A DNA stretch of 32,391 bases from Utricularia gibba (taxonomy: Eukaryota; Plantae; Magnoliophyta), in the NCBI GenBank assembly GCA_002189035.1, contig NEEC01000175.1, positions 1 to 32,391 of the forward strand, in the 5' to 3' direction. Under the pieces are notes generated by a model. The model did no database searches, had not been told where the DNA came from, and worked only from the letters and a program-made list of their open reading frames with translations. Below are positions 1-11,856 of the stretch, in pieces. The position numbers were made by a program, and so were the translations under genes. Every line of letters starts with the position of its first letter. The stretch's first letter is position 1.

Positions 1-1
1 T

Positions 2-1952
2 GAAGGTGTCTTCAGTAAAAAATCTAACAAGCTGCCGAGTTTCCCGTGTTCATTTGGAGAGATGGTTGACGACAATGTAAGTAGTTCTGGTTCGTGGTCT
101 GCTGGACTGCTCTCCGAGCTTTCTGACACCAAAAGGCTAAAAAATGCAGATATTAGTCCAGGGATAACTGAGAACGCGGACGATCGGATCTTATGGATGA
201 CTTTTTGGAGATGGAAAAGTTGGCATATTCAGCAAATGAATCTAATTCAATTCTTTCTGACGCGGATGTTAGACTACAACATCAGAAAACAGAACCTCCT
301 GTTGAAGGTCTCTCTATCTCCGGTGGGATCCCTCATTTGCAGGTGGATTCATGCCTGTCTGCAGAACTCAAGTCCTTATTATCCTCAGTGGTCAAGGCAA
401 TGACCAATGAGAATGGTCAGGTATCAACAGCTGAAAATGCGAAACATTTTATTCAAAACATGTGTGACTTCCTGCTTCTTCAGCCAGAGAATCTGGCCGT
501 GGATGCCAGTAACTCTTCCGCCACTGCACAAGAATTGAAGGCTGCCGCTTCTCGGATCTGCGAATTTATTCTGATACTTGGAAGAGAGACTAAGCATGAT
601 CCTGATGCCCGTCATTGTGGAGCCACTCTACATTCCCAGATTGATATGATCGTCTCCAAATACATGGGCACCATGGACAGTGACATTAATCCAGTTGACT
701 TTGTTGTCGACATCTCTAATGTGTTTTCGGAAGCAAGCAAACTGCATTTCAATGTCTTGGGAGCGAAAATCTCTGAATCAGAAGCTAGTTCAGATTGTAT
801 AGACAAAGTTGCTCTACCAGAAAACAAAGCTGTTTTGGACTCAATGGGAGAGAGGTATCATCCCACAGGCTGTAGCCACTGTTCAGATAGTTGCTCCGAT
901 CCCGATGTTCCAAATTATGGGAGTCTAGTTCCGACCACGGAATCCTCCATTATGGCATGGAAATGCTCAAAAGGAATTCGAAAAAATGAAAATGGAGCGA
1001 GATACCATGGTGGTTGATCTTGCTAGATGCATGGAAAACTTGGAAAATACGAAAATGCAGTTTCAGGAAACGGAGCTTGTTCTTGCTGAAGTTAAGTCGC
1101 AGTTATTAGCTGCCCAGAAGTCGAATGGTTTGGCAGATACACAACTCAAGTGCATGGCAGAGTCTTACAAGTCACTCGAAATACGGGCTCAGGATTTACA
1201 ATCAGAAGTCCATCACCTAAAAGGAAAAATTGAAACCTTAGAGAATGAGCTCCAGGAGGCAAGGACAAGTCTCTCAGAAGCACTCAGTAGATGCAAAGAT
1301 CTTCATGAACAGCTTGACAGGGTTGATGCTTCCAAAGAATCCTGTATTGAAGACAAGGCCTCACAGGTAACAATCTTTTTGTTCTCTAGCCGGAGCATTT
1401 TTGGAGATCATAGTCTGTTTCTCTTGCGACACTTGCATACCTAAATCTGCTGCGTAGGATATAATGTTCCTGAAACTTGGCTATATTTTTTCCCCTCAGG
1501 AGAGGGAGTTGGCAGCTGCAGCTGAGAAGCTGGCCGAGTGTCAAGAAACAATATATCTTCTTGACAAGCAACTGAGAGCCTTGCGTTTGCAACCCGAAAT
1601 CACAAGTTCAATGGACAATGCAAGAGTCCCCCGAGGTGAAACTTGTGTGGAAGAACCAAATACGAGCAGTACAAACCTGAAAGATGCAGCATGCTTCGAT
1701 ATCGATACAGAAACGTGCTTACAGTTTCAGAGATGTGGCTTGGAATCACCGTTATTGGATGTATCTAATCCCCTGTTCAGCCCTGACCATGAAACTGATA
1801 ATACGATGAGATCCCCAATGACCTCAAAGCAACCGAAGCACCGGCAATCGAAGTCCTGCTCATCCCCCTCGGTCACTCCAACGCCAGAGAAGCAGGCTCG
1901 TGGGTTCATTAGGTTCTTTGCATCATCAACGAAGGGGAAGCTTAACCAGTAG
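2..1952 (+). CDS. FPP: Filament-like plant protein (FPP/DUF869 coiled-coil family, FPP4/FPP6-like), 5'-truncated by the window, with two apparent frameshifts
   Basis: Family motifs: DDNVSSSGSWS..L.SELS, (DL)MDDFLEMEKLA, the coiled coil EFEKMKMERDTMVVDLARC...TKMQFQETELVLAEVKSQL, and C-terminal QERELAAAAEKLAECQETIYLLDKQLRAL...TPEKQARGFIRFF. Exons 2-1366 and 1500-1952 are joined by a phase-0 GT-AG intron 1367-1499 (CAG|GTAACA...CCCTCAG|GAG). Stop TAG 1950-1952. The frame changes near 185-187 and near 969-974. Confidence 0.9.
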
Positions 1953-2899
1953 GAAGCGCGTGACTCAGCTCCGTTTCGATCAGGTGATGCATATGTTTGT
2001 GTGGGCAGATGAGGTGTAAATAGAGATGCTGATGCTCTTCCGTACGTGTATCTTTTGCGTAGTTCTTCATAGGGAAGTTGCAGAGAGATCCCTCCCTCCC
2101 AGTGTGTCTTCTTCCGCAAAAAAAAAGAAAAAAAGAAAATTCACGAGTGTGTTGTAGTTATGTTGTGTGGAAAGATACTTTGAATTTGATGCTCATTGGA
2201 GCTTCCTCTTACCTCGTGGACGGATGACTATTTGGCGTCTACACCCTCCACGAGCTCTGGAAGAATTAAAAATTCAATGTGTTATAACCAATGAAGCTCC
2301 TTTGATGATGAATGAAATAAGCTTGGCAACAACAGGGTTAGAAATTGTCCATCAACTTGTGAATAGAGTTGGGATTCATACCAAATTGGTATTAGAAGAT
2401 AGGGTTGTGAATCTTAGAATTGAGTATTGAAAGAAAGAGTATTTATTGATATAAAAGTACTTTGATTACATTTTGAATTCATATATTTATAATAATTCAT
2501 AAAAAGAATCGTTAGAAATATGTTTGTTGGAATCCAACAAATTGCAGCTGAACAATGAATATATCTTCTCATGAGAACTTTCAGAATTATCAATTTGGGC
2601 TTATTATTGCATCAATTAGTGGGCTAAGAAAAAACTGAACAAATACATAAGAGATCTTTGAATGAAGAGTTAATATTGAGGGTGTCCCAAGCATTTCTAG
2701 CTTCAAGTGAAGTTTATATTCATATATGGTTTTTGATTAGAAATTCTACCAAGGGTTCTTGTCTCTTTGACTTCAAAAGTAATTTTCTAAGTTCAATTGA
2801 TGACATCAGCATCTTCAGCCTAACCTCATTAGTTTTCAACATTCTTCTGTAATGAGATATCAAAGTGTTTCCAATGATTCAAGTAGGATAGAGTCTCAA

Positions 2900-3430
2900 A
2901 CCAAGTATTCCACAGATTTTGTAGGAAGTTTTCAAAAACACACTCATGATAAGAATATGTGATGCTTGTTCCTAAGTTGGAATATATTCAAGTTTTATGC
3001 TTCATTCCTTGATATAATTTTCTAACACATGGTATTTCACTTTTATATGTTTGGTCCTCCCAAACATTATTGGATTTTTTTGTTATACTAATTGTAGACT
3101 TGTTTTAGATTAACGAAGCTTCTCGCTTTCAAATCTAAATGTCCAGATCTTTGTAGATTTTCATTAGCCACTATGCAAGGTTAGCGATGGAGGCATCACA
3201 AATGTATTCAGCTTTTACCAAGGATTGCACAACATCTTGTTTGGTGCTATTCCAAGCAAAGATGGCAGACCCAAGATTAAATCTATAAAGTCAAAATCTA
3301 CAATGCACTGCGAAACATGTATATTTACATATTTATGGTAGAGACAAAGGTCTAAAGTTTCTTTTAAATATCTAATAATTTTTTTTGTTATTTCCAAGTG
3401 TATAGCGTGTCGATTATGAAATTAGTGACA
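2900..3430 (-). mobile_element. Decayed Ty1/copia RT C-terminus and RNase H fragment
   Basis: The minus strand reads IHLEITKKIIRYLKETLDLCL, AIFAWNSTKQDVVQSLVKAEYI..SIANLA*WL, NKSTISITKNPIMFGRTKHIKVKYH and LEYIPT*EQA. These match copia HLxAAKRILRYLKG, SWSSKKQxVVAQSTAEAEY and KNPVFHGRTKHI motifs. Contains stops and indels. Confidence 0.85.
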
Positions 3431-3432
3431 TA

Positions 3433-3845
3433 GTTTATCAATTTACAATACCTTACACTCCTCGATAGATTAGAACTTGTGAAAGAGAAAATATAACTAT
3501 AACGGACATGGCTCATTGCTTGTTGCAGAAAAAAATATGCTTCTAAATTTTTTTGGGAGAAATAGTCGACACTACAATGTACTTATAAATAGACTATCAA
3601 TTCAAGGAAATCAAGGAAGTAAAACACCCAATGAACAATGGTACAACAAAAAATCTAGTGTTGAACATCTCAAGATATTTGTATCTATGTGCTACATGGG
3701 CTGAAAGAAAAAGGATTAATCTTGATCAAAAATCACCAATGAGAATTTTCCTTAGATATAGTGAAGTGTCTAAAGCCTATCGAGTGTTTAATTTATAGAC
3801 AAATAGAGTGGAGATCAGTCGCGATATAACAATGGATGAATCTAA
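3433..3845 (+). mobile_element. Decayed Ty1/copia integrase fragment
   Basis: YQFTIPYTPR*IRTCERENITITDMAHCLL (cf. PYTPQQNGVSERKNRTIMEMARCLL), KTPNEQWYNKKSSVEHLKIFVSMCY, and LDQKS..IFLRYSEVSKAYRVFNL*TNRVEISRDITMDES (cf. SKAYRLYNP..K.V.ISRDV.FDE). Confidence 0.85.
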
Positions 3846-4511
3846 ATAGTTCAACTAAAATCATATTGAAGATAAGTCTCAACAAGAATACATCATCTCC
3901 TTGATCAATCTATTTCCTAATTAAAACCAATCAGAAGTCTTCAATACAAATAGAAGACAAATCAATAAGATACTTGCAACACTCCTAAACTACTACAACC
4001 AGTTAAACATATCTCATAAACTTCAATCAATGATCAACACCACACTTCAAACCTTTCTCTTGTCACAAGTCACAATTTGGAATTTCATGAACCTCACTTT
4101 GAAAGAAGTATTACCTGAATACAATGGTGAGGTTATTGATGTTTCTCCATCATAAATTGCAAACCTTGTTTGACATCTGAAAATTCTATTATCAACCATT
4201 TTGAAGAAGCAATTACTAGTGAAAGAAATACTAAAAAAAATTGACTTGATAAATAATCTATATACCTAAAAATCCCATAAAGACCCTTATATAGATTCAT
4301 TCAATTTTAATGAAGAATATTTTTATGAAATTTCTCATATATCAAGAGACAAGAATAGTAGTGATTTTTACATTACATCTTTTGAAATCGATGTAGAACA
4401 TGATGATCCTAATTATGACCTTAAGTATATGCTTTGGTGTTGTCTTCAATTATAAGGGCCTCTTATGCTTCAGTTTTGGATGACCCAAAGCATGAATTTT
4501 GGGATGTTTTT

Positions 4512-6240
4512 GACTCACCAAAATATGTGAAACCTTTAGATCTAAAATGAATTAGAAGACTCAAACTAAATTCTAATGAAATCATGAATAAAAGGAAAAT
4601 GCTTTCGTTGCGTGTCGTTTTCTCAACAAATTTTAAATATTATAAAAACGTAACACAAAAAAACGTAGTACGAGTATCGATCTCAGGGAGTCGTTTTTCG
4701 TGAAAAGTGTTTGTAAGAAACTTCCACAAAATGTCACGGTTTTGCAAAAGAGGGTTTTTAAGATGCAGAAATAAAAGTTACAACCTAAGTGATGGGCCTT
4801 GACTACGGTACGCAGTTCCTGGGAATAAGATTCCATCTCCTTCCTTTGTCCATCATTGCCTCGGTTTTCACTGATTTCTTCCGAATAGCTGGTTATAGGA
4901 GCAAGGAATAGCCTACTCTCCCTTACACTCTAATTGACAAGGAGGCACGGGAATAGCCTCAGGTAATTCCCCATTAGACGATTAGGAAGACAAGAGGATT
5001 GCCTTCAATTGCCCTCAAAACCGAATTGTGCACATGTGCCTAGCTGTTGCCAATGGCCAATGGCAGGTCTGATGTCACAACCTGTCCATTGTCGTGGTAC
5101 CTAAGCCACAAACAATCTGCTACTTCTCTCGAACCTGTAGGGTTGGAGTTGATGCTCTTCACCTTGATCTTCACCAAAATCCGCGAGGAGTGGCCTGCTA
5201 CTCATGGACATTGACTAAGAGTCGTTACAGAAAGACTGCAACAAGAGGGGTGGAAGTATGCGGAATCCGAATTGAATTCAGCGAAGAACTGAGTGTATTG
5301 CTCAGGACTTGGAAGGAAACTTCATCTACTTCCCAGAAACTAAAGGTTTTTAGCCCGAAAGTGCCATGAAAACAGAAACGGAAAATGAAAGCTTCCTCCT
5401 TGAAGAGGAGGAAGAACCTAAAAGTTCTAAGTACAAAAGAAAAATGGCAAAAGTCGGAAACTAAGTGCTCCAAGTGGCTTTTATATCACTCTCCACGTGC
5501 ATTAATTCCTTTGAGTCCCCTTCCCATCATTCCTTCTGTCTTGTGTGCGCCAGTAACTTTTCTTTGCGTGCAAGTTTGCGCCCAATCATTTCTGCAGACT
5601 CTGACATGCCGTAAGTCAGGGGCCTTAATCAGTGTCAATCTTCTGCCCACAATCATTCCAACTCGCGTACAAGGCACGAAAACTCAGAATCTGACCACTT
5701 GCAACACTCCATGACACTCTCCTGACATGTCTCGGTCAAAGTGTGAGAAAAAAGACAGAAATATATACAAAATAGGAAAATGGGGATTTTCTAAGGAAAA
5801 TCAATTTCTCATCAATATAATTCCTAATTGGGCGACTTAATACATAATTAACACATAATAACACTTAATAAATAACTAGAAAATGACACTTAACAGCTTC
5901 TTACAAAAACTAGGAATAGATTGCTTTGAAACTTTTGCTCTAGTTATAAGATTAGACACTATCAATTTGGTTCATGCATATACAGCTTACAACAATTGGA
6001 AATGATTTCATCTTGACATAAAAAGTGACTTTTTAAACGGAGAGTTGAAGGAAGATATATAATCCTCATCCCGTTTTTTCTACTCAAAATGGAAAAAAAA
6101 GTTTTTAAATTGAAAAAAGCTTTTTATGGTCTTAAGCTCATAGAATGGTATCTCATTATACATACTTATTTTGTAGAATAAGGTTACCAAAGAGGCAAAA
6201 ATAACACTATACTCTACATTCACAATGATTCAAAAGGAAC
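4512..6240 (+). mobile_element. Decayed Ty1/copia reverse transcriptase, split by the solo LTR at 4606-5895
   Basis: 4512-4600 reads DSPKYVKPLDLK*IRRLKLNSNEIMNKRK (cf. DLPxGKKPIGVKWVYKTKLNSDG.VNKYK). After the insertion it resumes at about 5896 with LQKLGIDCFETFALVIRLDTI...NWK*FHLDIKSDFLNGELKEDI...KVFKLKKAFYGLK (cf. GIDY.ETFAPVARL, QLDVKSAFLNGEL, KLKKALYGLKQ). Confidence 0.85.
4606..5895 (-). mobile_element. Solo LTR (about 1.29 kb, probably Ty3/gypsy Athila/Tat-like)
   Basis: The minus strand starts TGTTAAGTGTCATTTT. The other end reads (C)GTTGCGTGTCGTTTT on +, an imperfect terminal inverted repeat with the terminal T changed to C. Flanks GCTTT (4601-4605) and GCTTC (5896-5900) form a 5-bp TSD with one mismatch. 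Collinear homology to 16405-17752. The lineage call is inferred from length and terminal motifs. Confidence 0.8.
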
Positions 6241-8191
6241 AATCATTGTGACTCTTTAGAGATTTAAGTCTACTTGAATCTTCTTTTTATCCTAACTTTC
6301 GTCTATCTCTAGTTAGGTTTTTTTTGGATAAACACAATACTCTTCCCCCTTCTCCTCCTCTCTTGATGCTCATTTGACTACAAAAGAGTGAAAGATTTTG
6401 ATTATGAACTAATAGGCAAGAAGCAACCCATCATTTTTCACCCTAAAGTATCAATTATTTGTTTAACCACTTATTTAGAATTAAAATAAGGTAAAAATAT
6501 AAAACGGCACAATAAACATTTCAATGGTATCAGATGATGAGAGAAAAGATAAACATTAAATTAAACAAAACAAGTTTCAAAATGAAAATTAGATGTGTTT
6601 TTGGTCTGCTCCTAGTCTCAAGTGGTGTTCCCATAGTTGGTTGCTTAATTGAGTGAATGCAAGATCTTCTTCTTTTTCTACTCGATTCTATTCTTAGATG
6701 TTGTGGGTAGGAATCAGTGCTACAAAGGAATCTGATTTCGGGTCATGAGTTTAGGTTTTATATTCTTTTTTCCAATTTAGAGTCCATCTTTAGGTGAAAT
6801 AGAAAGTGGTAAATGAGGTAGAGAATTTTAACATGAAAACTATTGGAGCAGAAAAACCGTGGAGTTGTGTTAGAGGGGCTCATCGAAGAAAGGGTTCCAC
6901 TCAAGAGAAGAAAAGAGGAGCTTTACATAAGTTGTGTAGAATACAAGATGTGTATATCTTCAAACCTTCTTCTATTTATAGGGGAGGTTTGTCGACCGAT
7001 TTCTACACATGTCAACTACTTTCTGCTTTTGATGGTTATGTTGGCTGAATATCTAGTCTTACTAACATATAACTGCCGCCTGCTTTGAGGCTCCTACAAG
7101 TCAACCATTTTTCAGGTTATGTTGGAACAGCCATCATTATCTTCTTTTGATCCCCATTGGTCTGTGTGCCCATTACAAGTCGTCAAAAGTCGTCTCCCTC
7201 TTCTCAACCAATTTGATATTCTATCCATCGATTGATTTATGTATTCTTCTTATAATCATTTCCTGGTAGTGCATATCAATTGCTTTCTCCATTATTAGAT
7301 TCTACTCTTTTTATATCTTTAAAATATAATTGTACCTCTTTCTTTTCCTTTTCAGTTTTGTCTTCTTAGACTTTCATTCTACTATTCTTGTGTTAGAGTA
7401 GAGTCTGCTAGATGTGGGACTCTTTAGATATGACTCAAAAGTATGTTATTGTGCTCAAATATGCATGATTAATTTCAGGTTAGAAACAAATTATGGATTA
7501 TTTAGTTTCCAATTTGAACAAAAGATAAAAACAATACATAGTAATTGTATCGAATACAAGGAGTTGGTTTTCAAGGGAATGAGAAAGCTTACATCGATTA
7601 CAACTATCACGATTTATAAACAAGTTAATAAAAGAACAAGACAGTAGAAACGTAAGTAATAAAACTTGAGTAAGGAAACTATAAGACAAACAATAGAATT
7701 GAACTTAAATGAGGTACTTTAAATAAAAAGATGTTTCTGGGATTGAAATCTTGCTTAATTACGTTCATTTGGTCTTTACTCTTCTGTGCTCCTTTCAATA
7801 CTCAGTAATGGGAATAATGAATTGGTTACCTTCTCTTACATTTTCTTGCACAAAGGCATAGAAATTGCTCGATGTTACTCCCCCTTGGATGAACGAAAAG
7901 ATAAGAGGTTTAGCCGTCATTATCTTCATGAATGAATCGTTTGCATGTAACCTAGTATTGCCAATGAGCCAATGAATCCAAATACGATATCATTATTTGT
8001 TTATTAATCATGAAGTACAACCACAAACAGAAGGTTATTTCCTTCAAACTAAAAGGGTGTGAGTTAGTTCTTTCCATCTTACTTCTCTTTAAAAGTCGTA
8101 AACATTGCCTAGCTAACTATAAATCTTAAATAAGAAATTGCTACAAAAGAGTAACATAATCGTAAAGAGACATATGAAACCCGATCAAATT

Positions 8192-9318
8192 TGATGGTAA
8201 TTCTGCAAGTGCATAGAAACCGTCGAAGTAATAAAATAAGATCGTATCCACAGGGAATTGTTATTGGTTTTCTTTTCAAACAAGGACTCAAAAAGACTAA
8301 AAACAAAAGAAAGATTTGGGTTTAAAAACAATAAGAAAAGTGGCATTGGATCTAAGATCCACCTTGCTTAAAACTCGCTCTTACATGTGTGCAAACCTTG
8401 AAGATTGATCTGCTTGCGCAAGCTCTGGGGGTGTTATTCTAAAGTAGTGCCACTCGGTGACCGTTATAGTACCGTCCTTTGTTTTGTGGGATTATGGAAT
8501 CAACCACGCCACCAGATCCATTTCACCTCTTGTGATAACCCATGTTTTCCCCACACCCAAATCTAACCCCTACACCTCACACCTCGCAGACAGATTAGAT
8601 AGAATGTGCCTTACCAACGATGTCCGATTGAGCCCTTTTCCTTAGGTGCTTAAGGCCAACCTTTGATTTTCTCACACTTTTTTCAGGTTATGTGATATTA
8701 AAGAGCACGTTGATAAAAAAAACGTTGCGAAAAACAGAATCAAACCTCAATTTAAATGTTGAAAAACATAATAAAACAGTCACATGCACAGGACTTGCGC
8801 AAGTAAGGCTTCACCGCAGATCCTCAGCCACAAGCGTCTACACACACAAACTTGACTCTAACATGAAATAGACACAAAAATAGGAAAAGTACAAAGGAAA
8901 AGTGATTAAAGACGTCTGTAATGGTTAAGAGGGTAGGGTATTTATAGGAGAGTAGATCCAAGTCTTCGTATTGAGCTTATTCGATGGGCTTGGATAAAAT
9001 CTTTTATCCAAATTTTCAAAGATTTTCTTCATATCTCTATCTTATCCACGAATCTTGGACCAAATCTTCATCGTTTGACCAAGTCTTGGGTTGAGATTTG
9101 TGGCCCATCAAATTCATAATTTGGTGGGTCTTGATTTCTCCTCAAATTGACCCAAAAGTATCCTAAAAATTCACAAAATACACTTTCTTTCTAAAAAGAT
9201 TAAAGTAGTGTGAAAGATACAATTGAAAATAATGAGAAAGTGGAGTCTAAGATAAGTAAAAACAACACTCAAGAGTAATCGAATAACATGTTTTGGAACG
9301 ACACAAAATCACTTATCA
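8192..9318 (-). mobile_element. Solo LTR (1127 bp, Athila-like) with perfect TSD
   Basis: Termini TGATGGTAA...CACTTATCA (TG...CA; the minus strand starts TGATAAGTG). Perfect 5-bp TSD AAATT at 8187-8191 and 9319-9323. Contains the Athila-type block CTGCAAGTGCA..GTCGAAGTAATAAA..ATCGTATCCACAGGGAATTG and a minus-strand CCTATAAAT at about 8940-8948. No PBS, PPT or internal ORFs adjoin it. Confidence 0.88.
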
Positions 9319-10239
9319 AAATTCAAAGAAGAAATGGAGATTAACTAACTAAATGTAGAGTTGGGAGTTTCCCAACGCAAAAATAAGGGTTGCTAGCCAC
9401 GAACAGCTATACGAAACATAAATACGAAAACAAAGTTCTAGATAGAAAATAGAAGAAAATACTCTAGAGAAATAAACAAAGTTTACCTAAAACTCGAATT
9501 CCCCATCTAAATCCTCATTTGTCTGAATTTCATGCCATTCTAATTCTGCAGTGATCTTGAGTGACTTAAAAGGGATCTCATGGTCTAACAATGCCATGAT
9601 CATGATATTGTGTCAAAAGTTCCCATGTATTGCACATCAAGATTCATTTTTAGGTTTTTGCAGTTCGTCGAAAATCAAGATGTTACTTCGGGAAGATATA
9701 TTTTGTCGACTTCTACTCATTTTCTCTACTTTCTATCACCTGTTCATCTCTTACAAAACTTAAATAAAACTAAATCAATATATTAAATAAAATATTTAAA
9801 TTAAGATTTTTTTTTAATGTAGATAAAACCTAAAACTTATATTATAGATTCTTAATTAAATAACTTAAATTATATTTAAACAAAAAAAATCTAAAAGATG
9901 ATAACAAAATGACACTTAATACCCATCTAATCTTTGAAGTCAAATTTTGTCTTAAAGAATCAAGTATTCTTTGATTTTAAAAGGGTATTTGTAACCTCAT
10001 CACCTTTTAGTAATAAAAAATGGAGCATATTTTAACCAAGCATAAGTATTAGAGGGAAATGATAAAACAGCTTCCATATATGTAGACCCATTTTGTGTAA
10101 CAAGTCTGAGAACGTTTTGCAAATAGAAATTTTGGGCACACTATATGCTATCACTTTTAACCCAAATAGTTTGATAATCATACCAATTTGCCTATAAAGA
10201 CCAATGTCTTTTATGGTCAAAATTTGACATTATTGACAA

Positions 10240-10690
10240 TTGACGATATTTTTCGTTTCCAAACACCTATAAATCATATCGTTGATATTTAAAAATAATA
10301 TTTATATATTTTTAACATGTTATTTTTGACACCTAAAAACTATATCCTTGATGCTTATATGTAATATTTATATTTATATTATATATTTCTAAGCATTTAT
10401 AAATTATGTTGTCAATGTCTTCAAGTAATAAGTATATTTTTTACCATATAATTTCTAGCCACCTAATAACTCACATTATCAATGCTTGAAATTAAAATAT
10501 GTGTATTTCACCATGTTATTTTCAGACATCAACACATCTTATTGTTGGTACATAAAAATAATAAAAGTGCTTTTTATTGCGTTATTTCTAGTCACCTATA
10601 ATCCACACTATTGGTTCCTTTATTGAGTCGAAAACTAATACTTATTTTTTACTATATCATTTTTAAACAACTATAAATAATGTCGTAGAA
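10240..10690. repeat. Degenerate minisatellite, about 7 units of 64-67 bp (last spacing 75)
   Basis: A TATTT-x-CACCTA-like motif ends at 10269, 10335, 10399, 10465, 10531, 10598 and 10673. ATTTCTAG(C/T)CACCTA occurs at 10451 and 10584, 133 bp apart. Confidence 0.65.
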
Positions 10691-11856
10691 TTATATATTT
10701 TTTATTAGATATGTGTTTGAAAAACAACCCATGTAACATAGAAAACTTGGCATTACATCAGTCATCAAGCTTGGGATTAAAATTTCATTGCTACCAAATA
10801 CCTAATACAGGTTTTCAATCTAACGAAGACTACGGTTATCCCACGTTACCAACCACACGCCATCATGTTTCCTATCCAATGAAAGTCGAGGTCGCGTGGA
10901 CCTGCAAATAACGGAGTCTTCCCATCGTCTGATCAACCACCATAACCAACGGTTGATGAATTTTGCAACCGACTCAAATTTGACAGGTGACGCCATTAGG
11001 TGTGTGCTGAATGACTTGCAAGTTGTTTTCTTCCACGAGAGGGCAACCATCAACGTAGTTTCCAATGCGCCGTGCCATGAAAGGAAGGTTTTACCAATGT
11101 TTCTACAACGTACCCCAAGGGACAAGAGGATGGGCTTTGATTGGATGCTGGACGCTTGGTAACAAATCTGAAATTTGGATGAACCAAACATTCTCTGTGA
11201 CGAAAGCTCGAGAACAGTTTCCAGTATCCTCACCATGTATTGGTTATTTGGATCATCTTCTAACATGCCATATGTACTGATTATGCACTGGAAGACATCA
11301 TCAAAGAACCTAAGCATTACCTCGAATCAAATGCATGCGTGAGTTCAATGTTACTCACCATCTCTGTCTTTGTAATTTCAGCAAAACACATGCTCCTAAA
11401 AATTTGATTGTTCGTGAAAAAAGATCCAATTTCATTTCCAGACCATAACAACATCCATCCTCACGAGTTGGGTTAGGCAACCCCATGAAGAAAACAATAA
11501 TACATTCAATCATATTTTAAATATACTTTACTACTACTACTGCTATTATTACTTTTATTGTGTTATTACTTTGAAATGAAATAAACTGCACTTATCAATT
11601 CCCCAAAATGTGAGAATTATCCCTTATTATCTCTGCAATATAATATTTAAATAATATATTCAAGTACTGATTTAAATACAATGATCATAGACTTCATTTT
11701 CAAGTAATGACACTAATTAAGTAAATAAAATCATAAAAACACACAATACCTCATTCGTTTGCTTGATCATCTTGTGTGGGTTGACTCTTCGCTATGTTCT
11801 CCACTTCCCCTGCTATATTTCAATCATTTTGAATGTCCATTGCCATTGACGCTCTG

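Noticed and set aside
2167-2430. 87-aa ORF after the FPP gene, and an exon-like AG...GT segment on the minus strand at about 2212-2257
   Set aside because: No recognisable homology or partner exons.
5094-5714. Cluster of 60-110 aa ORFs
   Set aside because: All lie inside the solo LTR 4606-5895 and show no protein motifs.
6560-7400. Possible further LTR (minus-strand CCTATAAATAG near 6975; TG start near 6594)
   Set aside because: No matching CA end or TSD was found. Probably TE-derived, but it cannot be delimited.
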